This document shows positions 27,966 to 37,708 of a stretch of 64,000 nt of DNA, piece after piece. A program made the translations under genes and the position numbers. The number at the start of each line of letters is the position of its first letter. Within the stretch, counting starts at the first letter, position 1. The notes under the pieces were generated by a model, which was not told the origin of the DNA, did no database searches, and saw only the letters and a list, made by a program, of their open reading frames with translations. This DNA comes from an uncultured Chloroflexia bacterium (GTDB taxonomy: Bacteria; Chloroflexota; Limnocylindria; Limnocylindrales; CSP1-4). Location: NCBI GenBank assembly GCA_963800795.1, contig CAWDCJ010000001.1:280855-344854 (forward strand). The letters are read 5' to 3'.

Positions 27966-28910
27966 ATGCCCCTGATCGCCACCGAGAACCTGACCAAGCG
28001 ATATCCGGGGCCGGGCGGCGGCGTCCTGGCGCTCGATGCGCTGAGCGTGGAGATCGAGCCGGGGATCGTGGGCCTGGTGGGGGCCAACGGGGCCGGCAAG
28101 AGCACGCTCCTGCGGATCCTCCTCGGGCTGCTGGCGCCGACGAGCGGGCGCGCCTCGGTCCTGGACCTCGACACCGCCGTGCACGGAGGCCGCATCCGGG
28201 AACGGGTGGGATACATGCCCGAGCACGATGTCCTCCCGCCCGACCTCACGGCAACCGACCTCGTCGCCCATCTCGCGGAGATGAGCGGCCTTCCGCGAAT
28301 CGCGGCGCGCGAGCGGACCGCGGACGTCCTGCGCCACGTCGGCCTCTTCGAGGAGCGCTACCGACCGATCGGCGGGTACTCCACCGGAATGCGACAGCGG
28401 GTGAAGCTCGCCCAGGCGCTCGTGCACGACCCGCGCCTTCTCCTGCTCGACGAACCGACGAATGGGCTCGATCCCGCCGGGCGCGACGAGATGCTGGACC
28501 TCGTTCGCCGCACCGGAACCGAATTCGGGATCGCGGTCCTGGTCTGCTCGCACCTGCTCGGCGAGATCGAGCGCGTCTGCGACCACGTGGTGGCGATCGA
28601 CGGCGGCCGCCTCCTTCGGTCCGCCTCGCTGGCCAGCTTCACCGGACGGACCGGGACGCTGATCGTCGAGGTCGACGAAGGGTCGGCCGATCTCGCGGCC
28701 GATCTCGTGGCGGCCGGGTTCCCGGCTCGCGTGGACGGGCCGCGCCGAGTGCTGGTCGGAGCCCAGGGGGAGCTGCCCTACGACACGATCCGGGACGTGG
28801 CCGCCACCCGCGGCCTCGCGCTGATCCGCGTCGAACCGGCCCGGCACCGGGTCGAGGACCTCTTCCGTGATGATCCCGACGAGGAGGGCGCCAATGGCAC
28901 AGCCGCCTGA
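27966..28910 (+). CDS. ABC transporter ATP-binding protein (ABC-2/DrrA-like)
   Basis: ATG 27966 in ORF 27474..28910. Walker A GANGAGKST, signature YSTGMRQR, Walker B LLLLDEP. Confidence 0.9.
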   Translation: MPLIATENLTKRYPGPGGGVLALDALSVEIEPGIVGLVGANGAGKSTLLRILLGLLAPTSGRASVLDLDTAVHGGRIRERVGYMPEHDVLPPDLTATDLVAHLAEMSGLPRIAARERTADVLRHVGLFEERYRPIGGYSTGMRQRVKLAQALVHDPRLLLLDEPTNGLDPAGRDEMLDLVRRTGTEFGIAVLVCSHLLGEIERVCDHVVAIDGGRLLRSASLASFTGRTGTLIVEVDEGSADLAADLVAAGFPARVDGPRRVLVGAQGELPYDTIRDVAATRGLALIRVEPARHRVEDLFRDDPDEEGANGTAA

Positions 28911-29808
28911 CCTCATCGCGGGAAGCGCGACGGGCTCGATCTTCGACCTGGGATACCACGGCTACGATGGGCCCCGGCTGGGCCGCCGGCACGCGATCTC
29001 GACGCTCTTCGTCCACTCCCTCAAGTGGACGTTCGGGATCGGCCGGGGTGGCCGAGCGAAGATCGCGCCGTTCGTGCTGGCGGGTCTCACGCTGCTGCCC
29101 GCGGTGATCGCCGTCGGCATCCGGGCGCTGGCGGGCCCGGCGGCCGAGCGGGTCAGCCCGATCACGCCGCAGAACTATCTGACCTACGTGCAGACGTTCA
29201 TCGCGTTCTTCGTGACGGCGCAGGCTCCCGAGCTGCTCGGTCGGGACCAGCGAAGCCACATCCTGACGCTCTACTTCAGTCGCGCGCTCGAGCGCACCGA
29301 CTACGCGCTCGCGAAGTACGGGGCGCTCATGTGCGCCCTGGCCCTTGTCCTCCTGGTGCCGCAGGCGATTCTCCTGCTCGGGATCATCTTCGCGTCGGTC
29401 GACCTGGGCGCTGGCCTCGGCGACGCGCTGCCGCTGCTCGTCCCGATCCTGGTGAGCACCACCGTCGCGGCCGCCTTCTTCTCCGGCATCGCCCTCGCGA
29501 TCGCGGCCTTCATTCCGCGCAGGGCGTTCTCGGCGGGGGCGATCGTGGCGACGTTCCTCGTGCTGAGCGGGGTCGTGCAGGTCCTCGTGGTCGAGGGCAA
29601 GCTGCGCGACCCGCTCCGCTACGTCGCCCTGCTGGATCCGTTCGCGCTCCTCGACGGCCTCGCTTCGACGCTGTTCGGTGTCGCGGGCCGCAACGCGAGC
29701 GTGACGGACTCCGGGATCGACGCCGGGGTCTTCGCCATGGGCGCCTGCCTTGTCGCCGTCGCCACGCTCCTCGTGCTCGTCGTTCGGTACCGACGGATCG
29801 AGGCATGA
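28894..29808 (+). CDS. ABC-2 type transporter permease
   Basis: ORF 28867..29808; ATG 28894 after GAGGAGGG. Multiple hydrophobic helices. Coupled to the flanking ATPase genes by overlaps. Confidence 0.75.
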   Translation: MAQPPDLIAGSATGSIFDLGYHGYDGPRLGRRHAISTLFVHSLKWTFGIGRGGRAKIAPFVLAGLTLLPAVIAVGIRALAGPAAERVSPITPQNYLTYVQTFIAFFVTAQAPELLGRDQRSHILTLYFSRALERTDYALAKYGALMCALALVLLVPQAILLLGIIFASVDLGAGLGDALPLLVPILVSTTVAAAFFSGIALAIAAFIPRRAFSAGAIVATFLVLSGVVQVLVVEGKLRDPLRYVALLDPFALLDGLASTLFGVAGRNASVTDSGIDAGVFAMGACLVAVATLLVLVVRYRRIEA

Positions 29809-30734
29809 CGACTGCCGCGCCGACCCCCAGCGTGTCCGTGAACGCCGTCGCCAAGTGGTACGGGAATGTCGTGGCGGTCAACGACATCACCTTCGGGCTT
29901 GCGCCGGGGGTCACCGGTCTCCTGGGCCCGAACGGGGCCGGTAAGAGCACGTTGCTTCATCTGATCGCGGGGCTGTTGCGGCCATCCGCGGGAGGCGTGA
30001 CCGTGGACGGGCGCCCGACCTTCGGCGACCCGGCGATCTACCGGCGCGTGGGGCTGGTCCCCGAGCGCGAGGCGGTCTTCCCGTATCTCACGGCCCGGGA
30101 GTTCGTCCGCCTGAGTGCCCAGCTCCAGGGCCTGCCCCTCGGAGGCGGCGCCGTCGACCGGGCCCTGGAACGGGTCGAGCTCTCGATGGCCGCGGACCGC
30201 GAGCTGGCCACGTACTCGAAGGGCATGCGCCAGCGCGCCAAGGTCGCCGCCGCGCTCGTCCACGATCCGGCCGTGCTCATCCTTGACGAGCCGTTCAACG
30301 GGATGGATCCGCGCCAGCGCCTCCACATGATGGCGCTCCTCCGGGAGTTCGCCGATGCCGGCCGGGTGATCCTGTTCTCGTCGCACATCCTGGAGGAAGT
30401 GGAGCGCGTCGCCGAACGAGTCCTGGTGATGGTTGCCGGCCGCCTCGCCGCGTCGGGTGACTTTCGCGAGATCCGCCGCTTGATGACCGACCGGCCGCAC
30501 TCGTTCACGCTCCGGACGTCGGACGACCGGGCGCTGGCAGTCCAGCTCGCCGGCCGGCCGATGGTCTCGGGGCTGGCGCTCGAGGACGGTCGCCTCGATG
30601 TCCGAACGGCCGACTTCGCGGCCTTCACGCGCGAGCTGCCCGGGCTGGCTCGAGCTGCCGGCGTCTCGATCTTCGAGCTCGCTCCGGCGGACGAATCGCT
30701 CGAATCGGTCTTCGACTACCTGGTGCGACGGTGA
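29805..30734 (+). CDS. ABC transporter ATP-binding protein
   Basis: ATG 29805 (ATGA overlap) in ORF 29025..30734. GPNGAGKSTLL, YSKGMRQR, ILILDEP. Confidence 0.9.
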   Translation: MTTAAPTPSVSVNAVAKWYGNVVAVNDITFGLAPGVTGLLGPNGAGKSTLLHLIAGLLRPSAGGVTVDGRPTFGDPAIYRRVGLVPEREAVFPYLTAREFVRLSAQLQGLPLGGGAVDRALERVELSMAADRELATYSKGMRQRAKVAAALVHDPAVLILDEPFNGMDPRQRLHMMALLREFADAGRVILFSSHILEEVERVAERVLVMVAGRLAASGDFREIRRLMTDRPHSFTLRTSDDRALAVQLAGRPMVSGLALEDGRLDVRTADFAAFTRELPGLARAAGVSIFELAPADESLESVFDYLVRR

Positions 30735-31575
30735 GCGGCGGGGCGACGCCGCCCGGCCGTTCTCCCGTGCCGGGCTGGCCAGCAGCGGCGCCCGCGCCTC
30801 CGCCTCTGCCGCGCCACCCATCCGGTCCGGTGCTCGGTGCATCGGTCCTCGGCCCGCTGGTTGACGTCACGATCGCGCGGCCTGCTTGGGCGCCGCCGGA
30901 TCCTCCTGGTCGGCCTCCTCGCGATGGCGCCGGTCGGCGTCGCGCTCATCCTCGCCCTCGGTGGATCGGGAGCCGACTGCCGAGGACCTCCGGCAGCTCT
31001 ACGAGTCGCTCGTGATGACCACGGTCGTGCCGCTCGTCGCCCTGATCCTGGGCACGACCGCGATCGGCGCGGAGATCGACGACGGGACGGTGATCCACCT
31101 CCTGGCCCGGCCGGTCGGCCGGAGCTGGATCGTGCTCGCCAAGATGCTCGTGGCCGCGACCAGCGGCGTGATGCTGTGCGGAACCTCGGCGCTGCTGACG
31201 GGGCTCCTGCTCGTCGGGCTGGATGTTCCGCGCCTCGTGCTGGGCATGCTCGGGGGCACGGCGGTCGCGGTGATCGCCTACACGGCGGTCTTCGTGACCC
31301 TCTCCGTGTGGTCGGGGCGGGCGCTCATTGTCGGGCTGGGCTACGTCCTGCTCTGGGAAGGGTTCATCGCATCGTTCTTCTCGGGAACCCGGCTCCTGTC
31401 GATTCGCGAGTACGGGCTGGCGGTCGCAGCCGGGATCGCGGGCTCCGATGCAGGGTCGCTCGCCCAGGACGTGGCTCCGGTGACCGGCCTGGTCCTGGCG
31501 GCGCTCGTGACGATCCTGGCGTTCGTCCTCGGTGCGCGGCGCCTGGCCCGGTTCGAGATCTCGGACGCGGGGTAG
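30731..31575 (+). pseudogene. ABC-2 type transporter permease, two frame changes in the first 240 nt
   Basis: GTG 30731 (GTGA overlap). The N-terminus reads through three frames, switching near 30868-30875 and 30960-30970. The remainder is ORF 30886..31575 (hydrophobic, ends RLARFEISDAG). Confidence 0.7.
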
Positions 31576-31703
31576 AAGGAAGCTGCCCGCCGCGCGGTGC
31601 GCGAGCAACGAGCATTCGCGGCGACCGATCGCCGCGGGCCAGCTCGGTGGCGGGGACGCCCTCGATCCGCACCTATCGCGCGCGGCCCGTACAATCCGGC
31701 CCG

Positions 31704-32772
31704 ATGGCGAAGCCCCACCCGCCCCGTCGCAGGCGCACCCGCCCCGGAGGCCGGGCCGGCGTCGGCCCCGCCAACGCGCCCTCTGAGTCACTCGGAGCCG
31801 ACGCCGCCGAGGCTGCCGAGGCGGCGGCGGAGGCCGAGGCCGCCGCGTGGGTCGAGGAATCGTGGAATCGGCCTCCGGGCGAGGAGCCCGGCTGGTTCCG
31901 CGACCACGCACTCGACGAGGTAACCGACGCCGGGGTCGCGGCAAGCCCGGCCGCGGCCGCGTCCACTCCGGCTCAGGTCGATGAGACCCCTGGCGAATCG
32001 GCCGCGATCACGCCCGCGGTGATCCCGGCAACCACGCCCACAACAGCCACGGGCGAGGCCACGGAGACCCAGCCGGCTGCGACCGCCGCGACCGGCGACG
32101 CCACGGCCCCGGCCGAGGCCGACGCTCCCGACCAACCGGCAACAGGCGGCCCGGGATCTGCCGGCGAGATAGACGGCCAGCAGCGCGGGATCCATGCCCG
32201 AGGCGGACGAAGCCGATGCGGCCTCATCGCCGGGGACGATCTACCGGACCGTTCCGCCTCTCCCGGAGGATGGCGCGGTGCGTCCTCGGCGCCGATCACC
32301 GGTCACGTCGATCCTCGCCGGCCTCCTGATCCTGGTCGTCGTGGGCGCTGGTGGCTTCGGCATCGGCATGCTCCTCCCACTCCTCATCCCGCTGCCGGCG
32401 GGAAGCATCTCGGCCGGCTCGCCTGCCCCGACCGCGGGATCGGCGGCGGCCCCGACGGCCGGACCGTCCGAGACCCCCGGGGCCGCATCGGGCGGCGCGT
32501 CGCCGAGCGCGGGCGCGTCTGCCACACCGCCGCCCAGCGTCGTTCCAACGCCGGCCGCAACGCCGCTGGTCTACGTGGTGGAACGCGGCGATCAGCTTGG
32601 CCGGATCGCCCAGTTGTTCGGCGTCACGCTTCAGGCGATCCAGGACGCCAACGGCATCACCAACCCGAACCTGATCGTCCCCGGCCAGAGGCTCGTGATC
32701 CCGTCGCCGAGCGCCTCACCCGTCCCGTCGGCGAGCGCCTCGCCCATCCCGTCGGTGAGCAGCGCTCCCTGA
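31704..32772 (+). pseudogene. LysM peptidoglycan-binding membrane protein with acidic disordered N-terminal region (possible frame change near 32190)
   Basis: Well supported part: ORF 32194..32772 (TM ILAGLLILVVVGAGGFGIGMLL; LysM YVVERGDQLGRIAQLFGVTLQAIQDANGITNPNLIVPGQRLVIP). The upstream ATG 31704 frame (MAKPHPPRRRR...acidic Ala/Thr-rich) plausibly joins it. Confidence 0.55.
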
Positions 32773-32902
32773 GCCTCGACCCGGCGCGGTCAGAGCGCGG
32801 GCCGCGTCGGGCCGTCTGTGCGTCCGAGGAGCCGTCGGAGGGTCGCGCCCACCGCCGAGGCGATCGTGCGCGCGAGCCCGACCAGGCCGTCGATGCCCAT
32901 CG

Positions 32903-33853
32903 TCAGCTCGGCCTGCCGGGCTCGGGCGCAATGACGGACGGATCGATGTCCCCCGCCACGGACGTCCACGGTGCCGCGGCAGCCAGCGGGTCGGCCCGGT
33001 CGTCGCCGGGTCCAGCGTGACCGTCGACGTGCGGCTCGTCCACGGCGTGCGGGTGCGAATGCCGGATCCCGCCGTGCTCGTGGAGGTGTTCGTGGATCAG
33101 GTTGGCGGCGATGAGCAGGTCGCGGTCCCCCAGGATCTCGGCGGGCGCGCCGTCGGCATGGACGCGCCGGTCCTCGCCCAGGACCACGACGCGGTCGGCG
33201 ATGACCGGGACGATGTCCAGCTCGTGGGTCGCCGTGATGACGGTGCGGCCTGCCTCGCCGAGCCGCCGGATCAGGTTCACGAGCACCCATTTCGTGCGCG
33301 GATCGAGGGCGGCGGTCGGCTCGTCGAGGAGGACGACGTGGGGCCGCAGGGACAGCACCGACGCGATGGCCGCCCGTTTCTTCTCGCCCCCGGAGAGCTC
33401 GAACGGCGCCCGGTTGGCGAGGTGGCGGATCTCCATCAGCCCCAGCGCTTCGTCGCAGCGGGCCGCGACCTCGTCGCGCGCGAGCCCCAGCTGGAGCGGT
33501 CCGAAGGCCACGTCATCCATCACGGTGGCGCTGAAGAGCTGGATGTCGGGGTCCTGGAAGACGAGGCCCACCTCGCGGTGGAAGCGGAACGCGTCGAATC
33601 CGTCGACCACCGCGGCGATGTCCAGGCCGAGCGCCCGGAGCCGGCCACCGGTCGGCGCGATGATCCCGTCGAGGATCTTGAGGAGCGTGGACTTCCCCGA
33701 CCCGTTCGCCCCGAGCAGCACGACCTGCTCGCCCGGCCGGACCACGAGGTCGATGCCGTCGAGCGCGACCTGCCGGTTGTTGTAGGTGTACTGGACGCCG
33801 GACAGCTCGAAGATCGGCTCGGCTGCGGCCCCGGGCGGGGCGGTCTCGGTCAC
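32903..33853 (-). CDS. cbiO: ECF/Cbi-type transporter ATPase (CbiO/NikO) with His-rich C-terminal tail
   Basis: 3' part of ORF 32903..34879; GTG 33853 (GTGA overlap with cbiQ). GANGSGKST, LSGGEKKR, VLLDEPT. The tail is HEHLHEHGGIRHSHPHAVDEPHVDGH. Confidence 0.9.
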   Translation of the reverse strand: MTETAPPGAAAEPIFELSGVQYTYNNRQVALDGIDLVVRPGEQVVLLGANGSGKSTLLKILDGIIAPTGGRLRALGLDIAAVVDGFDAFRFHREVGLVFQDPDIQLFSATVMDDVAFGPLQLGLARDEVAARCDEALGLMEIRHLANRAPFELSGGEKKRAAIASVLSLRPHVVLLDEPTAALDPRTKWVLVNLIRRLGEAGRTVITATHELDIVPVIADRVVVLGEDRRVHADGAPAEILGDRDLLIAANLIHEHLHEHGGIRHSHPHAVDEPHVDGHAGPGDDRADPLAAAAPWTSVAGDIDPSVIAPEPGRPS

Positions 33854-34761
33854 GGCAGGAGGTGCCCGACGAGCACGGCCGCGGCAGCGAGGGCCATAGC
33901 GCCGCCCAGGGCCGCCCAGTCCGCGGGAGCCATCCGGTAGAACGTGAGCGCCCGCATCTCGCCCGAGAAGCCTCGCGCCAGCATGGCGGCGTAGACATCG
34001 TTGCTCATCTTGAAAGCACGGCCCATGAGGTTGCCGATGGTGCCGCTGATCCAGCGCCGCTGCTCCCCGCCCGACGTGCGGGCCACCACGCGGCTCTTGC
34101 GGGCCAGGAGGATCCCGTTGGTCGTGTGGAGGAAGAGGAAGATGTAGCGATAGGTCATCGACAGGATCAGCACGAAGACCTGCGGCACGCGCACGGAGCG
34201 CAGGCTCTTGAGGATGTCCGCCCACGGGGTGGTCATCACCAGGAGCACGGCCAGCGAGACGGAGACCCCGACTCGCGCCACGAACAGCACCGCGCCGGCC
34301 ACGCCGTTCTCCGACGGCGCGAGGTGAAGCGGCCCGATCGCGAGGTCGAACAGGCGGGGTCCGGGGACCATGAAGATCGCGGGGATCACGACGATGCCCG
34401 CGAAGAACGGGATGCCGAGCCAGACGCGCTTCACGAAGAACGAGAACGGAACGCGGCTGGCCCGGGCGGCGAGCAGGATCGTCCCGTAGATCGCGGCCAG
34501 GACCCCCACCGACGCGGTGAGGCTGGCCGCCAGCACGAGCGCGAGGAACATCCCGAGCTTGGCGCGCGGATCGCGCCGCTGCAGCCAGCCGTCCATGCGG
34601 GCGTGCTGCTCGGTGAAGATGGCGTGCTCGATGGACTCGGTGATCCCGCCCAGCGTCTGTTCCAGCCACCCGACCCGGCCCTCGGGGCGCGTGCCGCCAC
34701 GACCGAGCCGGCCGTTCGCGGCGCCCGGCTGCTCGGGTGCGACCGGAGCGACGGCCGTCAT
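33850..34761 (-). CDS. cbiQ: ECF transporter transmembrane component CbiQ/NikQ
   Basis: 303-aa intact ORF, polytopic, lying between the cbiM-like and cbiO genes with 4-nt overlaps. Confidence 0.85.
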   Translation of the reverse strand: MTAVAPVAPEQPGAANGRLGRGGTRPEGRVGWLEQTLGGITESIEHAIFTEQHARMDGWLQRRDPRAKLGMFLALVLAASLTASVGVLAAIYGTILLAARASRVPFSFFVKRVWLGIPFFAGIVVIPAIFMVPGPRLFDLAIGPLHLAPSENGVAGAVLFVARVGVSVSLAVLLVMTTPWADILKSLRSVRVPQVFVLILSMTYRYIFLFLHTTNGILLARKSRVVARTSGGEQRRWISGTIGNLMGRAFKMSNDVYAAMLARGFSGEMRALTFYRMAPADWAALGGAMALAAAAVLVGHLLP

Positions 34762-36087
34762 GCCCTGACGCCTCCGGCAGCCTCTCCCGGCGCGACGTGG
34801 CCGGGCCCCGTCTCATCCGGCAGGTCCTCCGCGGCTGCCCGGCCGCGAAGGAGGCGGGCGAGGAGCAGGACGCCGCCACCCACGAGCAGGATCCCGACGA
34901 TCCCCGCCAGCTGGTAGCCGACGGCCGCGTGCCAGAGCGCCCCGTTCGCGCCGCTGAAGAACGGCAGCGGGATGTCGTAGCCCGGCGAGAGGAGCGCTGA
35001 ACATGCCGGACAGGTCCTGGAGCCCCTTCGGGATGTAGCCGAACGCCGCCTGGACGTCCTCCGTGCTGCCTTCTCCGTAGGCGAACCCGGGCGCGATGAG
35101 GCCGAGCGGGGCGATCACCGCGATCAGCGTGAACGACGACCCGATCCGCTTCAGCCGGCGCGGCAGCACGAGATAGGCCAGCGGCACGACCACGAGCGCG
35201 ATGACGGCCGTCAGGAGGAGCATCGTCCCGACGTCCGCCCAGTTGACGATCGACCAGTCCGCACCGAAGAGCCGCCCGGGGTCCCCACCGCCGATGACGA
35301 GCCCGACGGCGGCGAGCACGACGAGCGTCAGGGCAGCGGACCCGAGCAGCACCTGCCAGTACGGCCGCGCCGGGGCCTCACCGTCCTCGGTGACGCCCGG
35401 CGCGTACACGCTGCGCAGCGACGTGAGGTACGACGGATGGCGCTTCTGGAGATAGGCGACCCCGAGGAACGTGATGATGCCCTCCACGATCGAGGCGCCG
35501 AAGGCGTGGGCAAGGACCATGGCGGGGATCGCCGCGTTGAGGTCGTACGGGGAATACAGCGGCTTCCCGGCGGCGTCGTGGAAGAAGATCGGCTGGATGC
35601 CCAGCTCGATGCCCACCGCGACGGCAGCGACGGTGATGCCGATGTAGGCGGCGATGCCGGCCGCCACGGCCCGCCTCGTGGAGAGGAGCGGGGCGCGGCC
35701 CGCGAGCAGGCGGTATGCGGCGTACCCGACAAACGGCAGGATGATCGCCATGTTCAGGGAGTTCGCGAAGATCGCCAGGATCCCGCCATCCCCGAAGAAG
35801 AGCGCCTGGATGATCAGCGCCACGCTCACCGCGATCACGGCTGCCCACGGTCCCAGCACGATCGCGATGAGCGTGCCCCCGACCCCATGCGCGGTCGTCC
35901 CGCCAGGCACGGGGACGTTGAACATCATGATCGTGAAGCTCAGCGCCGCGAAGATGGCGAGGAGCGGGATGGTCCGGTGATTGAGGATCGCCTTGACCTT
36001 CTGGGTGGCGACCCCCCAGGCGGGCAGCGTCGCAACGCCGAGCCCGACGGAGACGACCGGGCTCAGGTAGCCGTCGGGGATGTGCAT
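34758..36087 (-). pseudogene. cbiM: fused CbiM-CbiN (NikMN) substrate-capture component, one frame change near the 3' end
   Basis: ORF 34813..36177; ATG 36087 (MHIPDGYLSP, the CbiM N-terminal motif) after a GGAGGAA RBS. Past about 34985 the sensible sequence (PGYDIPLPFFSGANGALWHAAVGYQLAGIVGILLVGGG...) is in another frame that ends in an ATGA overlap with cbiQ. Confidence 0.85.
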
Positions 36088-36172
36088 GGATTCCTCCGGT
36101 GGGGGCCGGTAGCGCTGGTCGTGATGGTTTCCCGTCGGGGGTACGCGGAGTGTAGTTGGCAATCGACGTTGC

Positions 36173-36186
36173 TGCAATCAGTTGCA
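36173..36186. promoter_or_regulatory. inverted repeat TGCAA-N4-TTGCA, candidate Fur/Nur-family operator
   Basis: Read directly between the divergent cbiM (36087) and fur-family (36226) starts. Related TTGGCAAT and TTGCAAT copies lie at 36157-36190. Resembles the TTGCAA-type Nur box known from Streptomyces. Confidence 0.45.
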
Positions 36187-36225
36187 ATAGCTGCGATCGC
36201 GGCCGTCCGCCGTACACTTCGCGCC

Positions 36226-36693
36226 ATGCAGCCAGTTGGATCTCCCGACGTGCCCGGGTCCCGCGCCGATGACATCGACGGGTGGGAGGCGGTGCGCGAA
36301 CGTCTGCACGCGCACGGCCTGCGCTGGACGCCCCAGCGGCGGGCACTCCTGGCGGTGCTCTCGCAGACGCACGGCCACGTGACGGGCGCCGACCTCGTCG
36401 AGCGCTGCCGCGAGCAGGATCCATCCACGATCCCCTCGACCGTCTATCGAACGCTGGAGGTCCTCGAGGAGCTGGGCATCGTGCGCCATGGCCACGGGCC
36501 GGACGGGCGCCAGCAGTACCACGTCCTCCCGGACGCGGAGCACGGGCACCTCCACTGCCGGGCCTGCGGGGGCGCCTGGGAGATCAGCGCCGAAGAGGCC
36601 GCCTCGATCGTGGAGGCCCTCGAGTCGGCCCGGGGCTTCGCGGTCGACCTATCGCACGTCACGGTCGTGGGTCGCTGCCGCGACTGCCGCTGA
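36226..36693 (+). CDS. Fur-family metal-responsive transcriptional repressor
   Basis: ATG 36226 in ORF 35437..36693. LRWTPQRRALLAVL...HVTGADLV...STVYRTLEVLEELGIV..H and C-terminal HCRACG ... CRDC metal sites. Confidence 0.85.
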   Translation: MQPVGSPDVPGSRADDIDGWEAVRERLHAHGLRWTPQRRALLAVLSQTHGHVTGADLVERCREQDPSTIPSTVYRTLEVLEELGIVRHGHGPDGRQQYHVLPDAEHGHLHCRACGGAWEISAEEAASIVEALESARGFAVDLSHVTVVGRCRDCR

Positions 36694-36716
36694 GGCCCCC
36701 GGGGAACTGCGGCGAC

Positions 36717-37505
36717 CTAGCCGGCAGCGTCGGCGTTCGGGACCCCGACGATGTTGAACCCGCCGTCGACGTGGATCGTCTCACCGGTGACCTGTCGCGA
36801 AAGGTCGGACGCCAGCCAGACGGCCGCGCCTGCCACGTCGCCGGGGGTGATGTTCGCGCGCAGCGGCGCGACGTCGCGGAACCCGCCGTACATCTCCTTG
36901 AACCCCGCGATCCCGTGGGCTGCGAGCGTGCGGACGGGCCCGGCCGAGATCGCGTTCACCCGGATGCCCGCGGGCCCAAGGTCCGCCGCGAGGTACCGCA
37001 CGCACGCCTCCAGGGTTGCCTTCGCCACGCCCATCACGTTGTAGTGCGCGACGACCTTCTCGGCGCCGTAGTAGCTCAGGGTGAGGATGCTCGACCCCGG
37101 CGCGAGGTGCGGTCGCGCCTCGCGCGCGAGCGCGACCAGCGAGTAGGCGCTGACGTCGAGCGCGAGCGCGAACCCGTCCCGCGAGGTGTCGACGAAGTGG
37201 CCGTCGAGGTCGGCGCGGTTGGCGAAGGCCAGGGCATGGACCAGGATGTCGAGCCGGCCGACCTCCGCGCCCCAGCGATCGAAGACGGCCCGGACCTGCG
37301 CGTCGTCGCGCACGTCGCACGGCTCGACGAACGTCGAGCCGATCCGCGCGGCCAGCGGGCGAACGCGCTTGTCGAGCAGGCTCTCCATGGAGCTGAAGCC
37401 CACCGATGCGCCGTGCTCGTGGAGTGCCTGCGCGATGCCCCAGGCGATCGAGTGGTCGTTCGCGACCCCGAAGATGAGCGCGGTCTTGCCATCGAGCAGG
37501 CCCAT
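36717..37505 (-). CDS. fabI: enoyl-[acyl-carrier-protein] reductase (NADH), FabI
   Basis: ORF 36717..37556; ATG 37505 after AAGGGAGGA. MGLLDGKTALIFGVANDHSIAWGIA...YYGAEKVVAHYNVMGVAKA..IRVNAISAGP. Confidence 0.9.
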   Translation of the reverse strand: MGLLDGKTALIFGVANDHSIAWGIAQALHEHGASVGFSSMESLLDKRVRPLAARIGSTFVEPCDVRDDAQVRAVFDRWGAEVGRLDILVHALAFANRADLDGHFVDTSRDGFALALDVSAYSLVALAREARPHLAPGSSILTLSYYGAEKVVAHYNVMGVAKATLEACVRYLAADLGPAGIRVNAISAGPVRTLAAHGIAGFKEMYGGFRDVAPLRANITPGDVAGAAVWLASDLSRQVTGETIHVDGGFNIVGVPNADAAG

Positions 37506-37708
37506 CGGTTGCCGTCCTCCCTTGCAGCCGGGCACGCCCGCCCCAGCGGCATGCATGTTCGCGCCATCCTACCCGGGGAGCCGCGGACGACTCGCCGGAG
37601 CGTCAGCGCCCGCAACGGCACGGAGTTGGGGCGGCGGCACGGGGTGCCCCGGGGTGGGCAGCGATCCGTTCGTGGCGGGCCGGCCCGGGCCTTGGTACTG
37701 TCGCGCTG

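Noticed and set aside
31576-31703. Possible c-di-AMP (ydaO-type) riboswitch upstream of the LysM protein gene
   Set aside because: I could not find the conserved ydaO sequence blocks by eye. The region is short and may even be 3' UTR of the permease gene.
36088-36225. Cobalamin or NiCo riboswitch upstream of cbiMNQO
   Set aside because: No B12-box-like or czcD-motif-like sequence was seen. A Fur-family gene and a TTGCA-type inverted repeat offer a simpler explanation.
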